Below are positions 54,184-63,706 of a stretch of DNA of 64,000 bases, piece after piece (the first letter of the stretch is position 1; every line of letters begins with the position of its first letter). The translations under genes were made by a program, and so were the position numbers. The notes under the pieces are model-generated. The model was not told the origin of the DNA. It worked only from the letters and a program-made list of their open reading frames with translations, and did no database searches. The DNA comes from Rickettsiales bacterium (lineage in GTDB: Bacteria; Pseudomonadota; Alphaproteobacteria; Rickettsiales; UBA6187). The stretch is from NCBI GenBank assembly GCA_040507985.1, contig JBEVNR010000057.1, positions 14,128 through 78,127 of the forward strand, written 5' to 3'.

Positions 54184-55218
54184 ATGTATCCGTCCGAAAA
54201 ACAGCATATCGTCCTGGCGATCGACGCGATGGGAGGCGATCGCGCTCCCCATGCCGTCGTCGCCGGCATTAAGCGCGCCGCCGACGATGATCCCGATCTG
54301 CGTTTCGTCGTCTACGGGTGCGACGAGGTCGAGGGGTTGCTGAATGCGCAGGGATTGTCCGACCGCGAGCGCTTTCGCTACGTCGCCACGCTCGACGTCG
54401 TGGCCAACGACGACAAGCCGTCGGTGGTGGTGCGTAAGGGGCGCAAGTCAAGCATGTGGCAGGCGGTGCAGGCGGTAAAGGAAGGCAGGGCCGACGCAGT
54501 CGTGTCCGCCGGCAACACCGGCGCCTTGATGGCCGTGGCGAAATTAGTGTTGCGCGCCTTGCCCGGGGTGGACAGGCCGGCCATCGCCTCGCTTTTCCCC
54601 ACCCTTAAAGGCGCGTGCGTGCTGCTCGATTTAGGCGCGAACGTCGTGTGCGACGCCGAAAATCTGGTGCAGTTCGCCGTCATGGGCGACGCCTTCGCGA
54701 AGGTGGCGCTCGGCTGCGACGAGCCGCGCGTAGCGTTGCTGAACGTGGGAGAGGAGGAGGCGAAGGGATCCGACGTCGTGAAAACCGCCTCGGAGGAATT
54801 GCGCAGCGGGCGGTTTCCCATAAATTATATTGGTTACGTCGAAGGCGACGGCATCGCCGAGGGTAAGGCGGACGTCATCGTCGCCGATGGTTTTACCGGC
54901 AACGTGGCGTTAAAATCGGCGGAAGGCGCCGGGCGCATTTGCATGCATTACGTCAAAACTGCCTTTTCCTCGTTCCCCTTCGGCATGTTGGCCGGCGCCA
55001 TCGCGCGACCCTATTTAAAACGCACCTTTAAGCGGATGGACCCTCGCCTGCATAACGGCGCCATGTTCATCGGGCTAGGGGGAATAGCCGTCAAAAGCCA
55101 TGGCGGCGCCGACGCCGTGGGTTACGCCAACGCCCTAAAAGTGGCGGCCAGCCTCGCGCGGCAAGACATAAACGGCAAAATCACCAAGCTATTGCAAGCC
55201 CATGACGTCGACGCATAA
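54184..55218 (+). CDS. plsX: Phosphate acyltransferase PlsX
   Basis: 344 aa with ..LAIDAMGGDRAP.., ..VSAGNTGALMA.., ..DGFTGNVALK... Confidence 0.95.
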   Translation: MYPSEKQHIVLAIDAMGGDRAPHAVVAGIKRAADDDPDLRFVVYGCDEVEGLLNAQGLSDRERFRYVATLDVVANDDKPSVVVRKGRKSSMWQAVQAVKEGRADAVVSAGNTGALMAVAKLVLRALPGVDRPAIASLFPTLKGACVLLDLGANVVCDAENLVQFAVMGDAFAKVALGCDEPRVALLNVGEEEAKGSDVVKTASEELRSGRFPINYIGYVEGDGIAEGKADVIVADGFTGNVALKSAEGAGRICMHYVKTAFSSFPFGMLAGAIARPYLKRTFKRMDPRLHNGAMFIGLGGIAVKSHGGADAVGYANALKVAASLARQDINGKITKLLQAHDVDA

Positions 55219-56182
55219 AACGGCGCGGTTGCTTGTCGCGCGGTCGTATCTTCCCGAACGATGCGTAGAGAACGACGCCCTTCCCGCCTCGCTGGAAACG
55301 AGCGACGAGTGGATTGCCTCGCGCACCGGCATTCGCCGGCGCCATATCGCAAGCGACGTGGAAACCGTCGCCTTCATGGCGGCGGAAGCCGCGCGCCGCA
55401 CGTGCGAGCTGGCGAACGTAAGCGCGGAGGAGGTGGGGCTTATCGTCGTGGCCACCACCACGCCGGACGCGGTATTCCCCTCCGTAGCGACCGACGTGCA
55501 ACGGCGCATCGGGGCGCACGGCGCCGCCGCGTTCGACGTGCAGGCGGTGTGCGCGGGGTTCGTCTACGCCCTATCCGTCGCCCGTTCCCTGATGGCGCAG
55601 CGCCCGGACATGCGCTACGCATTGGTGATAGGGGCGGAAAAAATGTCGTCGATCGTCGATTGGACCGACCGATCCACCTGCGTGTTGTTCGGCGACGGCG
55701 CCGGCGCGGCGTTGCTGCGGGCGGAGGACGGCCCGGCGGAAGGGCGCGGCGTGATCGACTTCACGCTTCGGGCCGACGGACGCCATCGCGACATTCTCTA
55801 TGCCGACGGCGGCACGAGCCAAAAAACGATAGGCTTGCTCCGCATGCAGGGGAGAGAGGTGTTTCGCCACGCCGGCAAGCTGATGGCGGGTGCGGTGCAA
55901 GAGCTTCTCGACAGGCAGAGCATGGCGGCGTCTGAGATAGATATGCTCGTTCCCCATCAAGCCAATAAGCGCATCATCGACATGACGGCGGAGTTGCTTG
56001 GCGTTCCTGCCGAAAAAACGCTTTGCACCGTGGATAGGCACGCCAACACGTCGGCGGCCTCCGTTCCGCTCGCGCTGGCCGACGCCGACGCGGCGGGAAA
56101 GCTTCGTCCGGGGGCGCTGCTGGCCCTTACTGCGCTTGGCGGAGGGTTAAGCTGGGGCGCGGCGCTGGTGCGGTGGGGATAA
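55202..56182 (+). CDS. fabH: 3-oxoacyl-ACP synthase III
   Basis: 326 aa with active-site ..AFDVQAVCAGFVYAL.., ..VPHQANKRII.., ..GNTSAASVPLAL... It overlaps the plsX 3' end by 17 nt. Confidence 0.95.
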   Translation: MTSTHKTARLLVARSYLPERCVENDALPASLETSDEWIASRTGIRRRHIASDVETVAFMAAEAARRTCELANVSAEEVGLIVVATTTPDAVFPSVATDVQRRIGAHGAAAFDVQAVCAGFVYALSVARSLMAQRPDMRYALVIGAEKMSSIVDWTDRSTCVLFGDGAGAALLRAEDGPAEGRGVIDFTLRADGRHRDILYADGGTSQKTIGLLRMQGREVFRHAGKLMAGAVQELLDRQSMAASEIDMLVPHQANKRIIDMTAELLGVPAEKTLCTVDRHANTSAASVPLALADADAAGKLRPGALLALTALGGGLSWGAALVRWG

Positions 56183-56337
56183 AGATGCTCCCGCCAAGGC
56201 GAGTTTTGCAAGAGCTCTATTGCGTATGCTGCCGTTGCGACGCCCATAAAAAATTTCCTTTCACCCGCGCGTCGTTTTCGCGTATGCTCAAATAGGACTT
56301 ATGCAGTGCGTAGATTTTTTGACGGAGCTTTAGCGGT

Positions 56338-57534
56338 ATGGCCGTATTTCCCTTTAAGTTTAAGCGCACCCCCCTCCTTTCCGCGTCGACGGAGCGGCGC
56401 AAGGGTTTTTCGTTGAAAGGGGCGACGTCCGAATCCAAGGGAGCGATCGAAAAAATAAAAACGGGTTGGCAAACCATATGCCTGCGGTTTGGACGCCTGA
56501 CCGAATCGAACTACGCGCTGGCGCATTACCACGTGCGGGCGGGCAACGATTTTGACGCCGGAATGCGCTTTCGCTTCGTGCTGCGTCGCAAGCCGAACGA
56601 CGCCGAGGCGCAGTTTTATCTTGGGCGCCTGTACCTTCGTTCGCCAAAAGACAAAACCTACGCCGAAGGCGCCCGCGCGCTCAGGCGCCTGGCCGAAGGC
56701 GGCGCGATGGCGGGCGAATCAAAATACGCGCTCGCCACGGAATCGCGCGAGGCAGAAAAACGGCTGCCGCGCCGGGTTCCGTTTCGCCTTATGTGCGACG
56801 CCGAACAAAACCTTACCCAATTTAAGGATGAAGTTCTTCCCCGTTACATGCGAATCGACGCCTTATGTGTGCCTGCGGCGGCGGAGGAAATGTCCGAAGA
56901 CGGAGAAATGCTGCGCCCGGCGCAACCTCGCCTGTGCGCGTTATGCCTGGGTTCGGACATGGAACGCAAATACGCGATGCAACTGGTGAACTTAATGACG
57001 GAAAGCCTCGCCTCGCCGTCAGGAAAACTATTGCTTCTTGGCGACAGATACGGCCAAACGGGGCGTTATTTAGACGAAAAAGACGCCTTTCCCGCGCGCG
57101 TAAACGCCTGTTTGCCTCGCTTCATTCCCGAAATGCCGGAGGCCGGACAAGAGGCGAAACCGAAAAGAGCCGAAAAGGGACCGGAGATTGCCTCCCTGCC
57201 GGACGCAACGTTAAGCGCTCCGGAGGGATTTGACGCCGTCGTCGTTCCGTATTGGGGACTATATTACGGCAAGCCCTCCGACATGTGCAACGCCGTTCCC
57301 GCCTTGCGCCAGGGCGGCGTAATCGCGTTCGGCACGCTCGAAAGCGACGCGGAAGCGGCGGAGCCGGCCGCACATTTTACCGCAGCCGACGTATTTACGC
57401 ACAATCCTGCCTTCGTGCGCAAGGACATGGAACAAGCGGGATACGAATATATCGCCGCACGTCCGTTTACGGCGAACGGTCGCCCGACGCGAAGGCAATT
57501 ATACGTGTTTCGCAAGCGCGCGCTTCCTGCATAA
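56338..57534 (+). CDS. Hypothetical protein (TPR-like N-terminal region, degenerate class I methyltransferase-like C-terminal region)
   Basis: 398-aa ORF. ..AEAQFYLGRLYL.. is TPR/Sel1-like. The C-terminal KLLLLGDRYGQTG.. and ..FDAVVVPYWGLYYG..GGVIAFGT resemble weak MTase motifs. The start is uncertain. Confidence 0.5.
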   Translation: MAVFPFKFKRTPLLSASTERRKGFSLKGATSESKGAIEKIKTGWQTICLRFGRLTESNYALAHYHVRAGNDFDAGMRFRFVLRRKPNDAEAQFYLGRLYLRSPKDKTYAEGARALRRLAEGGAMAGESKYALATESREAEKRLPRRVPFRLMCDAEQNLTQFKDEVLPRYMRIDALCVPAAAEEMSEDGEMLRPAQPRLCALCLGSDMERKYAMQLVNLMTESLASPSGKLLLLGDRYGQTGRYLDEKDAFPARVNACLPRFIPEMPEAGQEAKPKRAEKGPEIASLPDATLSAPEGFDAVVVPYWGLYYGKPSDMCNAVPALRQGGVIAFGTLESDAEAAEPAAHFTAADVFTHNPAFVRKDMEQAGYEYIAARPFTANGRPTRRQLYVFRKRALPA

Positions 57535-57711
57535 GATAGCGAAGGCGATATGTGATAAATAAAACCCTTGCTAACGATTGACGTTTTTGGGTTGGAAGCG
57601 TTTTATTTTTGCATTTTTTTTCTTTCGGAAAGAGGGACGGACGATTAAGAAAAAAATCCGACGACCTGCGACGGAAAGGAAAGATTTACTCAAAAATCAT
57701 GTGTCATTCGG

Positions 57712-58785
57712 TCATCTTTCCGTGGGAACGGAGGAAGATAAGCCGGACAAAAATTGATTGGCCTCTCGTTCGGTTTTTTGAGAGGAATAGAAGTCCAGCG
57801 CCTTGCATACCTCATCCCAATTCGAGACAAAATATACCAGCAGGGCGCAGCTTTTGCAGTTCGGCATACGTTCGGATATATTCAGCGGAAGAGGGTCGCT
57901 TCGCTGCTTGAGGTGCGCGCACAAAGCGGCGCAGGCAAGGCATACATCAATCGCGTCAACTAAAGCTTTCTTTGCCTCCGAAACGTCTTGCGTTATCACA
58001 TCTTTATAATTTTCTATCACTACTGTTTCGTGGCCCACTTTAGTCAAGATTTCAAGCAAGGAGCAAACTAAATCAAGCAACGGTGTCGTCTTGTCGTCCG
58101 CTGTGCTTGCAAGCGTGGTGACGGCAGCCATTAAGGCTGCGTTCGTTTGATTCAGTTCATTCAATTTTGCCTTGAGGTTGGCGCATTCGGTGCAAGGAGC
58201 TTGCGAATCGACTTCCATTGCGTCCGCAGAAGGGACGGTCGGAGCGACGGCGAGTGAAGGCGTTACCTTTGACGGAAATATCAGGCGGCTTAAATTGCAG
58301 TCGGATTTTTTATCTGCGTCAAGAAAATTTTGCGCAACCGAAAACCCTACCTCCACCTCTCTTTTCTTGTGCAACAATGCTCCCGAGTTATGCACGAAAC
58401 CAAAAAAGAAACTTAGGATCGTATTGTTGGATCGGCCTGACGAAGCGCTCACATCAAAAAAAACGATCGTATCTTGTCGTAATTCCTCAGGAAGCCACTG
58501 AGTGAGATCGGCATTTCGGTATTTGTCTCCAAGGGTATCGAGGAATTCATTCGGCATTTGAGTGTATTTACACACGATAGCTAACGATTGGCATCCTTTA
58601 TCCGCAGGTATCTCTTTACGTATAAGAACTGCTCCGGTTGGCTCCTCGTAGCGAGTCATTTTAACACCTATCATATTTCCAGTTTGGCCGTTCTCTTTGA
58701 ATTTTTGTTTGGCTATAGCTATAGGTAAATCAGAGAAATATATTGCGAGAATTCGAGAATCCGCCCCGGAAGACTTCTCCATCAT
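57712..58785 (-). CDS. Hypothetical protein (AT-rich ORFan, Cys-containing, central coiled-coil-like segment)
   Basis: 357-aa ORF in a visibly AT-rich island. No signal peptide or known motif recognised. Confidence 0.5.
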   Translation of the reverse strand: MMEKSSGADSRILAIYFSDLPIAIAKQKFKENGQTGNMIGVKMTRYEEPTGAVLIRKEIPADKGCQSLAIVCKYTQMPNEFLDTLGDKYRNADLTQWLPEELRQDTIVFFDVSASSGRSNNTILSFFFGFVHNSGALLHKKREVEVGFSVAQNFLDADKKSDCNLSRLIFPSKVTPSLAVAPTVPSADAMEVDSQAPCTECANLKAKLNELNQTNAALMAAVTTLASTADDKTTPLLDLVCSLLEILTKVGHETVVIENYKDVITQDVSEAKKALVDAIDVCLACAALCAHLKQRSDPLPLNISERMPNCKSCALLVYFVSNWDEVCKALDFYSSQKTEREANQFLSGLSSSVPTER

Positions 58786-59005
58786 TCAGGAATTGATTTC
58801 TCTCACGTGGGCGTTCGTAAAGCAAAGAGTGGCCTATGGAGGCAAAAAAAGTCGTGAGAAATTAATAAAAGTGATTGTAGAGGCAATGTCATAGAAAGTA
58901 AAGAGCGGATGCCGGAACGTCATGAAACTATTTCTTTGAATTAGGCCGGAACCTTGCTATACCTTGAAAATTAGAAAAACAACGTTAGTCTGCCTTGCCC
59001 GCCCT

Positions 59006-60379
59006 ATGTCTTTAGCCCGTCATTTTGAACATGCGCCCGCCGCTAAAAAGAAACTGTACGTCAAGACATACGGTTGCCAGATGAACGTCTACGATTCCGC
59101 CTGCATGGAACGGTTGATGGGGCATATCGGCTACGAAAGCTGCGACGCGCCGGACGACGCCGACATGACCATTTTAAACACGTGCCACATTCGCGAGAAG
59201 GCGGCGGAGAAAATGTATTCCGAACTTGGGCGCATCAATGTCATAAAGTCTGCGCGCAAGGCGCAGGGCAAAAACATGACGGTCGTGGTCGCCGGTTGCG
59301 TGGGGCAAGCGGAGGGCGAGGAAATCTTCGCGCGGGCGCCTTACGTCGACGCCGTCGTCGGCCCGCAATCGTACCACCATTTGCCGGACATGATTCTCGG
59401 CATCGAACGCACCGCCGGCCGCGCGATCAACCTGGATTTCGACGACGCGAAGTTCGACAAGCTGCCGGAGGAAACCTGCCTGCCGGAGCCGGGCGTCGCC
59501 TATGTGTCGATTCAAGAGGGATGCGACAAATTTTGCTCGTTCTGCGTCGTTCCCTATACGCGCGGAGCGGAATATTCCCGGCCGCTGGACGCCGTCATGC
59601 GCGAGACGATGCGCGGCCTCGCCTTAGGCGCCCGGGAAATCGTCCTGCTCGGCCAAAACGTGAACGCCTATCACGGCGCGCAGCCCGATAAAGACGCGCC
59701 GTGCAATCTTGGAGAACTTATTCGCCATATTTCCGCGCTTTCGGGGGTCGAGCGCATCCGCTATTCCACCTCGCACCCGCGCGACATGCACCAAGCGCTA
59801 TACGACGCCCACGGGAACGTTCCCGCGTTGATTCCCTTCGTCAGCCTGCCGGTGCAATCGGGCGCCGACGCGGTGCTTGAGGCGATGAACCGCAAGCACG
59901 ACCGAAATTTTTATTTTTCGATCGTAGACAAGCTGCGCGCCAAGCGGCCGGACGCGCAATTCGGGTCGGACTTTATCGTCGGTTTTCCCGGAGAGACGGA
60001 CGCGGATTTCAACGACACGATGGATTTAGTCCAACGCGTCGGATTCATTCAAGGCTACAGCTTTAAATATAGCCCTCGCCCGGGTACGCCGGGCGCAGAG
60101 CGGAGCGATCAGATTTCGGAAGAGGTGAAGGACGCGCGCCTACAGGCCCTGCAATCGCTTATTATGGCGCAACAGCAGGCGTTCGCGCAATCGTGCGTCG
60201 GAAAGACGATGCACGTATTGCTTTCCAAAAAAGGACGCAAGGACGGGCAGTTGCTTGGCCGCACCGAATTCATGCAATCTGCCCATGTCGACAACGCTCC
60301 CGACGCATGGCTGGGAAAAGTGGTGCCCGTAGAAATTATTGAGGCTTGCCCCAACAGCCTTAGGGCCAAGGCAGCGTGA
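59006..60379 (+). CDS. miaB: tRNA-2-methylthio-N6-dimethylallyladenosine synthase
   Basis: ..KKLYVKTYGCQMNVYDS.. (UPF0004 domain), the radical-SAM CDKFCSFCVVPYTRG motif and a TRAM C-terminus. I chose ATG 59006 over the upstream TTG at 58964. Confidence 0.93.
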   Translation: MSLARHFEHAPAAKKKLYVKTYGCQMNVYDSACMERLMGHIGYESCDAPDDADMTILNTCHIREKAAEKMYSELGRINVIKSARKAQGKNMTVVVAGCVGQAEGEEIFARAPYVDAVVGPQSYHHLPDMILGIERTAGRAINLDFDDAKFDKLPEETCLPEPGVAYVSIQEGCDKFCSFCVVPYTRGAEYSRPLDAVMRETMRGLALGAREIVLLGQNVNAYHGAQPDKDAPCNLGELIRHISALSGVERIRYSTSHPRDMHQALYDAHGNVPALIPFVSLPVQSGADAVLEAMNRKHDRNFYFSIVDKLRAKRPDAQFGSDFIVGFPGETDADFNDTMDLVQRVGFIQGYSFKYSPRPGTPGAERSDQISEEVKDARLQALQSLIMAQQQAFAQSCVGKTMHVLLSKKGRKDGQLLGRTEFMQSAHVDNAPDAWLGKVVPVEIIEACPNSLRAKAA

Positions 60380-61275
60380 CGCCGGCGCTTCCTTTGGTGC
60401 GCGGCGCCTACCGCTTCGACGCGAACCTGGCCCCAACCATGTGGTTTCAGACGGGCGGACCGGCGCGCGCGCTGTTTCGCCCCGCCGACGCCGACGATCT
60501 GGCGCAATTCATGCGGGAATATGACGGCGACCTTCCCGTCCTTCCCTTAGGGCTTGGCTCTAACACGCTGGTGCGCGACGGCGGCGTCAACGCCGTGATC
60601 GTTAAATTAGGAAAAGGCTTCACGCAAACCGAACGATTGGGCGAACGTCGCATGTATGTCGGGGCGGGATTGCCGGCGGCACAGGCGGCAAAATTTGCGG
60701 CGGCGCAAGGATTGTCCGGCGCGGAGTTTATGATAGGCATTCCCGGCGCGATCGGCGGATTGGTGAAAATGAACGCCGGCGCCTACGGCGGCGACATGGC
60801 GGGCATAGTCGAATATGCCGACCTTATCGACGGACGCGGCGAACGCATTCGGCTTTCGGTCGCCGAACTCGGTTACGGCTACCGCCATAGCGCATTGCCG
60901 AGCGGATCGGTATGCGTGGGGGCGGCGTTAAAATTATCTCCGGACGACGCCGAATCCGTCGACAAAACGATGGGCGGTTATATGGAGCAACGCGCGCTTT
61001 CCCAACCCGTGAAGGGAAGAACCGGAGGCAGCACGTTTAAAAATCCGCCGGGCGACAAGGCGTGGAGGCTCATCGACGCCGCCGGATGCCGGGGCCTGAC
61101 GCGCGGCGGGGCGCAAGTGTCGGAGCTGCATTGCAATTTTCTGCTTAACGTCAACCACGCCGCCGCTTCCGATATTGAGGAATTAGGCGAAGAGGTGCGC
61201 GCAAAGGTGCTGGCGCATAGCGGAACGGCGCTGGAATGGGAAATCATTCGCATCGGAGAGAAAAGAGAGGCATAA
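60376..61275 (+). CDS. murB: UDP-N-acetylenolpyruvoylglucosamine reductase
   Basis: 299 aa with an FAD-binding N-terminal region (..WFQTGGPA.., ..LGLGSNTLVRDGG..) and ..GSTFKNPPG... The GTG start overlaps the miaB stop (GTGA). Confidence 0.93.
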   Translation: MTPALPLVRGAYRFDANLAPTMWFQTGGPARALFRPADADDLAQFMREYDGDLPVLPLGLGSNTLVRDGGVNAVIVKLGKGFTQTERLGERRMYVGAGLPAAQAAKFAAAQGLSGAEFMIGIPGAIGGLVKMNAGAYGGDMAGIVEYADLIDGRGERIRLSVAELGYGYRHSALPSGSVCVGAALKLSPDDAESVDKTMGGYMEQRALSQPVKGRTGGSTFKNPPGDKAWRLIDAAGCRGLTRGGAQVSELHCNFLLNVNHAAASDIEELGEEVRAKVLAHSGTALEWEIIRIGEKREA

Positions 61276-61387
61276 TCAAACGCACGTCGAAATTTTTGTC
61301 GGATTCAGCGCCGAAAAAATAATCCGTATTTCTTTTTTTGTTACGAATAAGGAAACGCAAGCGAAACCGACGACGTCAAGGAAGAAG

Positions 61388-61930
61388 TTATTGCATATCG
61401 ACGATCATAACCGTGTAGACGTACGACGCAAACACGTTCGGATCGTTCTTCCATGCGGCGATGGCCATTTGCAATTTGATGGCTCCTTCATTGTTTTTAT
61501 AGGAAGATCGCATATAGGGAGGAAAAGGAACGAAATCCTTGATCGTTTTTTCCGGGCGTTTCTCGGCCATAAAAGAATAACGGTCGGGGAAGTCGGTAAG
61601 GTTATAGGTAAATGAAATCGCCATCGTTTTGCCGAATTCCGCAAGGCACGCATAGGAGGAAAAAATACATTTGTCGCTTTCTCCCGCACATGCGTTGCGT
61701 ATGCATTGTCCTTCCTCTACGAAGAATTGACAAATCGCGATTTTTTCAATGCAGTCTTTTACTATCGGCTGCTCCAGGCATTGCGCAACGCCACAGCTCT
61801 CGGAAAGGGAATGCAAACCCGACGGAATTTGTAACACATGTTCTTTTTGAGGGCCATATTCGTCGCTAGCGAAGAAAAACGATCCTGCGACCAAACGCAA
61901 CAGCAAGAAAAAAGGCGTTAGTCCGCGCAT
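61388..61930 (-). CDS. Hypothetical secreted protein (signal-peptide-like N-terminus, Cys-rich, AT-rich ORFan)
   Basis: ATG 61930 gives MRGLTPFFLLLRLVAGSFFFA.., which is signal-like. The track start at 61960 is TTG. There are 8 Cys in the mature part. No family recognised. Confidence 0.45.
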   Translation of the reverse strand: MRGLTPFFLLLRLVAGSFFFASDEYGPQKEHVLQIPSGLHSLSESCGVAQCLEQPIVKDCIEKIAICQFFVEEGQCIRNACAGESDKCIFSSYACLAEFGKTMAISFTYNLTDFPDRYSFMAEKRPEKTIKDFVPFPPYMRSSYKNNEGAIKLQMAIAAWKNDPNVFASYVYTVMIVDMQ

Positions 61931-62369
61931 GACGAAAGCGAAAGCGGCTAAATCAGACAATGTGAGGATATTGACGATATGTCGTTATGTAAGCGATGAT
62001 TGTATGCAGACACCATGTTTTTAATTTTTTTGCAATGGTTTTCGCCAGTAACGGCAGATTTTTTTAGGACAATTTGTGAAAGGTTGCTCTAAAAATAGCA
62101 TCATAAGGTCCCTGCTTACGCCGGGATGGCGAACATGGGGCGTTGGCAAGATAGTGACGCTAACGTGTCGCTAGTCCTTAAGATTAACAATTTAAATATT
62201 TTTAAAGGATTGATGCCTTCGCCCTGTCCGTCTCTAGACTATCCGACAAAAATAATGCGCTTCCACGATTTCAGGCTTGCAACATTTTCGTTTATCGGGC
62301 AAGAAGCTTACATAAGCTGCCGCGTTATAACGCGGCGTAAAATCAATGTAGGCGCAGGTTTAGGTAAGT

Positions 62370-63704
62370 ATGCACATGCCCGTCACGCGGCAATCGCCGG
62401 TTGGTCGTTCCTTCACTCAAGCGGCGCGTGCGGTTGCTGCGCTTCCCGTCCTGGCCGTTTTCCTTGCCGTCGCGTCGTGCGGCCATCTGCCGGGAAAAAA
62501 CAAGGACGTTCCCGAAAAAAAAGACGCCGAACGGACGGCCCGTCCGTCTCTCGAGAAAAAATGCGACGGCGGCGACGTTGCGTATTGCTACGCCCTTGCG
62601 GCGTCTTACGAACGCAGCGCGGCCATCGATCCCTCCATGTCGGCCAAGGCGTCGGAAACGTATAAAAACGCCTGCGACAAAGGGTTCGGCGAAGCCTGCA
62701 TCGACCTCGGCATTTATCGAGCCAACGGCACGGGCGGAGAGCGCGACCTGCCTCGCGCCGCCGCCTTGTTCGGCAAGGCGTGCGACGAAGGTAAGTTGCT
62801 CGGATGCGCGAATCTGGCGGAATTTTACCTGAACGGCGTCGGCGTAAAAAAAGACGCGGAAAAAGCGAAAAACATCCTCAAAAAATCATGCGACAAAGGA
62901 TTTGAGGTGGCATGCATGAAACTGCGCGGATTCAAGCAATACGCGCACGTCAAGCCGCAACCGCAAAAATTAATCGCGTTTAGCCGCAAGGCGCAGGAAT
63001 TGCGCTACGGCCCCATGGAGTCCGTCTATCGCGAGCGGTGCGAAGCGGACGATTTTTACGCCTGCCATTATTTGGGCGTGCTGTATCTGGAAGGGCAAAG
63101 CGGCACGAAAGATCCTGCGCTTGCGGCGAAACTGTTTAAGGGCGCCTGCGACCATAAGGTGGGCGCCGCCTGTTCCGCCTTCGGCGCCATGTACGTCAAA
63201 GGCGCGGGCGACATAGAAAAAGACGTCGATAAAGCCGGCGAACTGTTTGAAAAAGGATGCGACGTCGGCGACGGGTCCGGCTGTTTTTTAGTCGGCGTCA
63301 TGCATAACGAAGGAAAAAGTAAGGAAAAAAGCCCGAAAAAAGCCGCCGCATATTTCGCCAAGGGATGCGATTTAGACGACACGCTGGCCTGCAACAGCCT
63401 GGGACTTGCGACCCTGCAAGGCGCCGGCGTGGACAAGGATGCGGCAAAAGCGGCAAAAATATTCGACGCCGCATGCGCCAAAGGCCAGCCGTTAAGCTGC
63501 ACGAATTTAGGATTGATGTACGCTAAAGGCGTGGGCGTGGAAAAAGACGGCAACAAAGCGGCGCGGCTGCTGATCGTCTCATGCAAGAAAGGCGATCACG
63601 TCGCCTGTGCGGTGCTGAAAAGTCAGGCGAGAAAAGTCGGAAACGGCGCCGCGACGCGCGTCCATAAAACCCCCGGCGCGCCGGTGTTAAGGGAACGGAA
63701 GTAA
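62370..63704 (+). CDS. Sel1-like repeat, cysteine-rich lipoprotein (Helicobacter Hcp-like)
   Basis: 444 aa. The lipobox-like LAVASC follows a hydrophobic N-terminus. About 10 units match ..(K/G)(A/S)CD.G...(A/G)C..LG..Y..G.GV.KD..KA...F.., each bracketed by a Cys pair. Confidence 0.88.
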   Translation: MHMPVTRQSPVGRSFTQAARAVAALPVLAVFLAVASCGHLPGKNKDVPEKKDAERTARPSLEKKCDGGDVAYCYALAASYERSAAIDPSMSAKASETYKNACDKGFGEACIDLGIYRANGTGGERDLPRAAALFGKACDEGKLLGCANLAEFYLNGVGVKKDAEKAKNILKKSCDKGFEVACMKLRGFKQYAHVKPQPQKLIAFSRKAQELRYGPMESVYRERCEADDFYACHYLGVLYLEGQSGTKDPALAAKLFKGACDHKVGAACSAFGAMYVKGAGDIEKDVDKAGELFEKGCDVGDGSGCFLVGVMHNEGKSKEKSPKKAAAYFAKGCDLDDTLACNSLGLATLQGAGVDKDAAKAAKIFDAACAKGQPLSCTNLGLMYAKGVGVEKDGNKAARLLIVSCKKGDHVACAVLKSQARKVGNGAATRVHKTPGAPVLRERK

Positions 63705-63706
63705 TT

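Noticed and set aside
62126-62665. A 179-aa plus-strand ORF overlapping the start of the Sel1-repeat gene.
   Set aside because: It is an out-of-frame overlap with a gene that has strong repeat and lipobox evidence. The C-terminal half of the translation is Arg-rich, as expected for an off-frame read.
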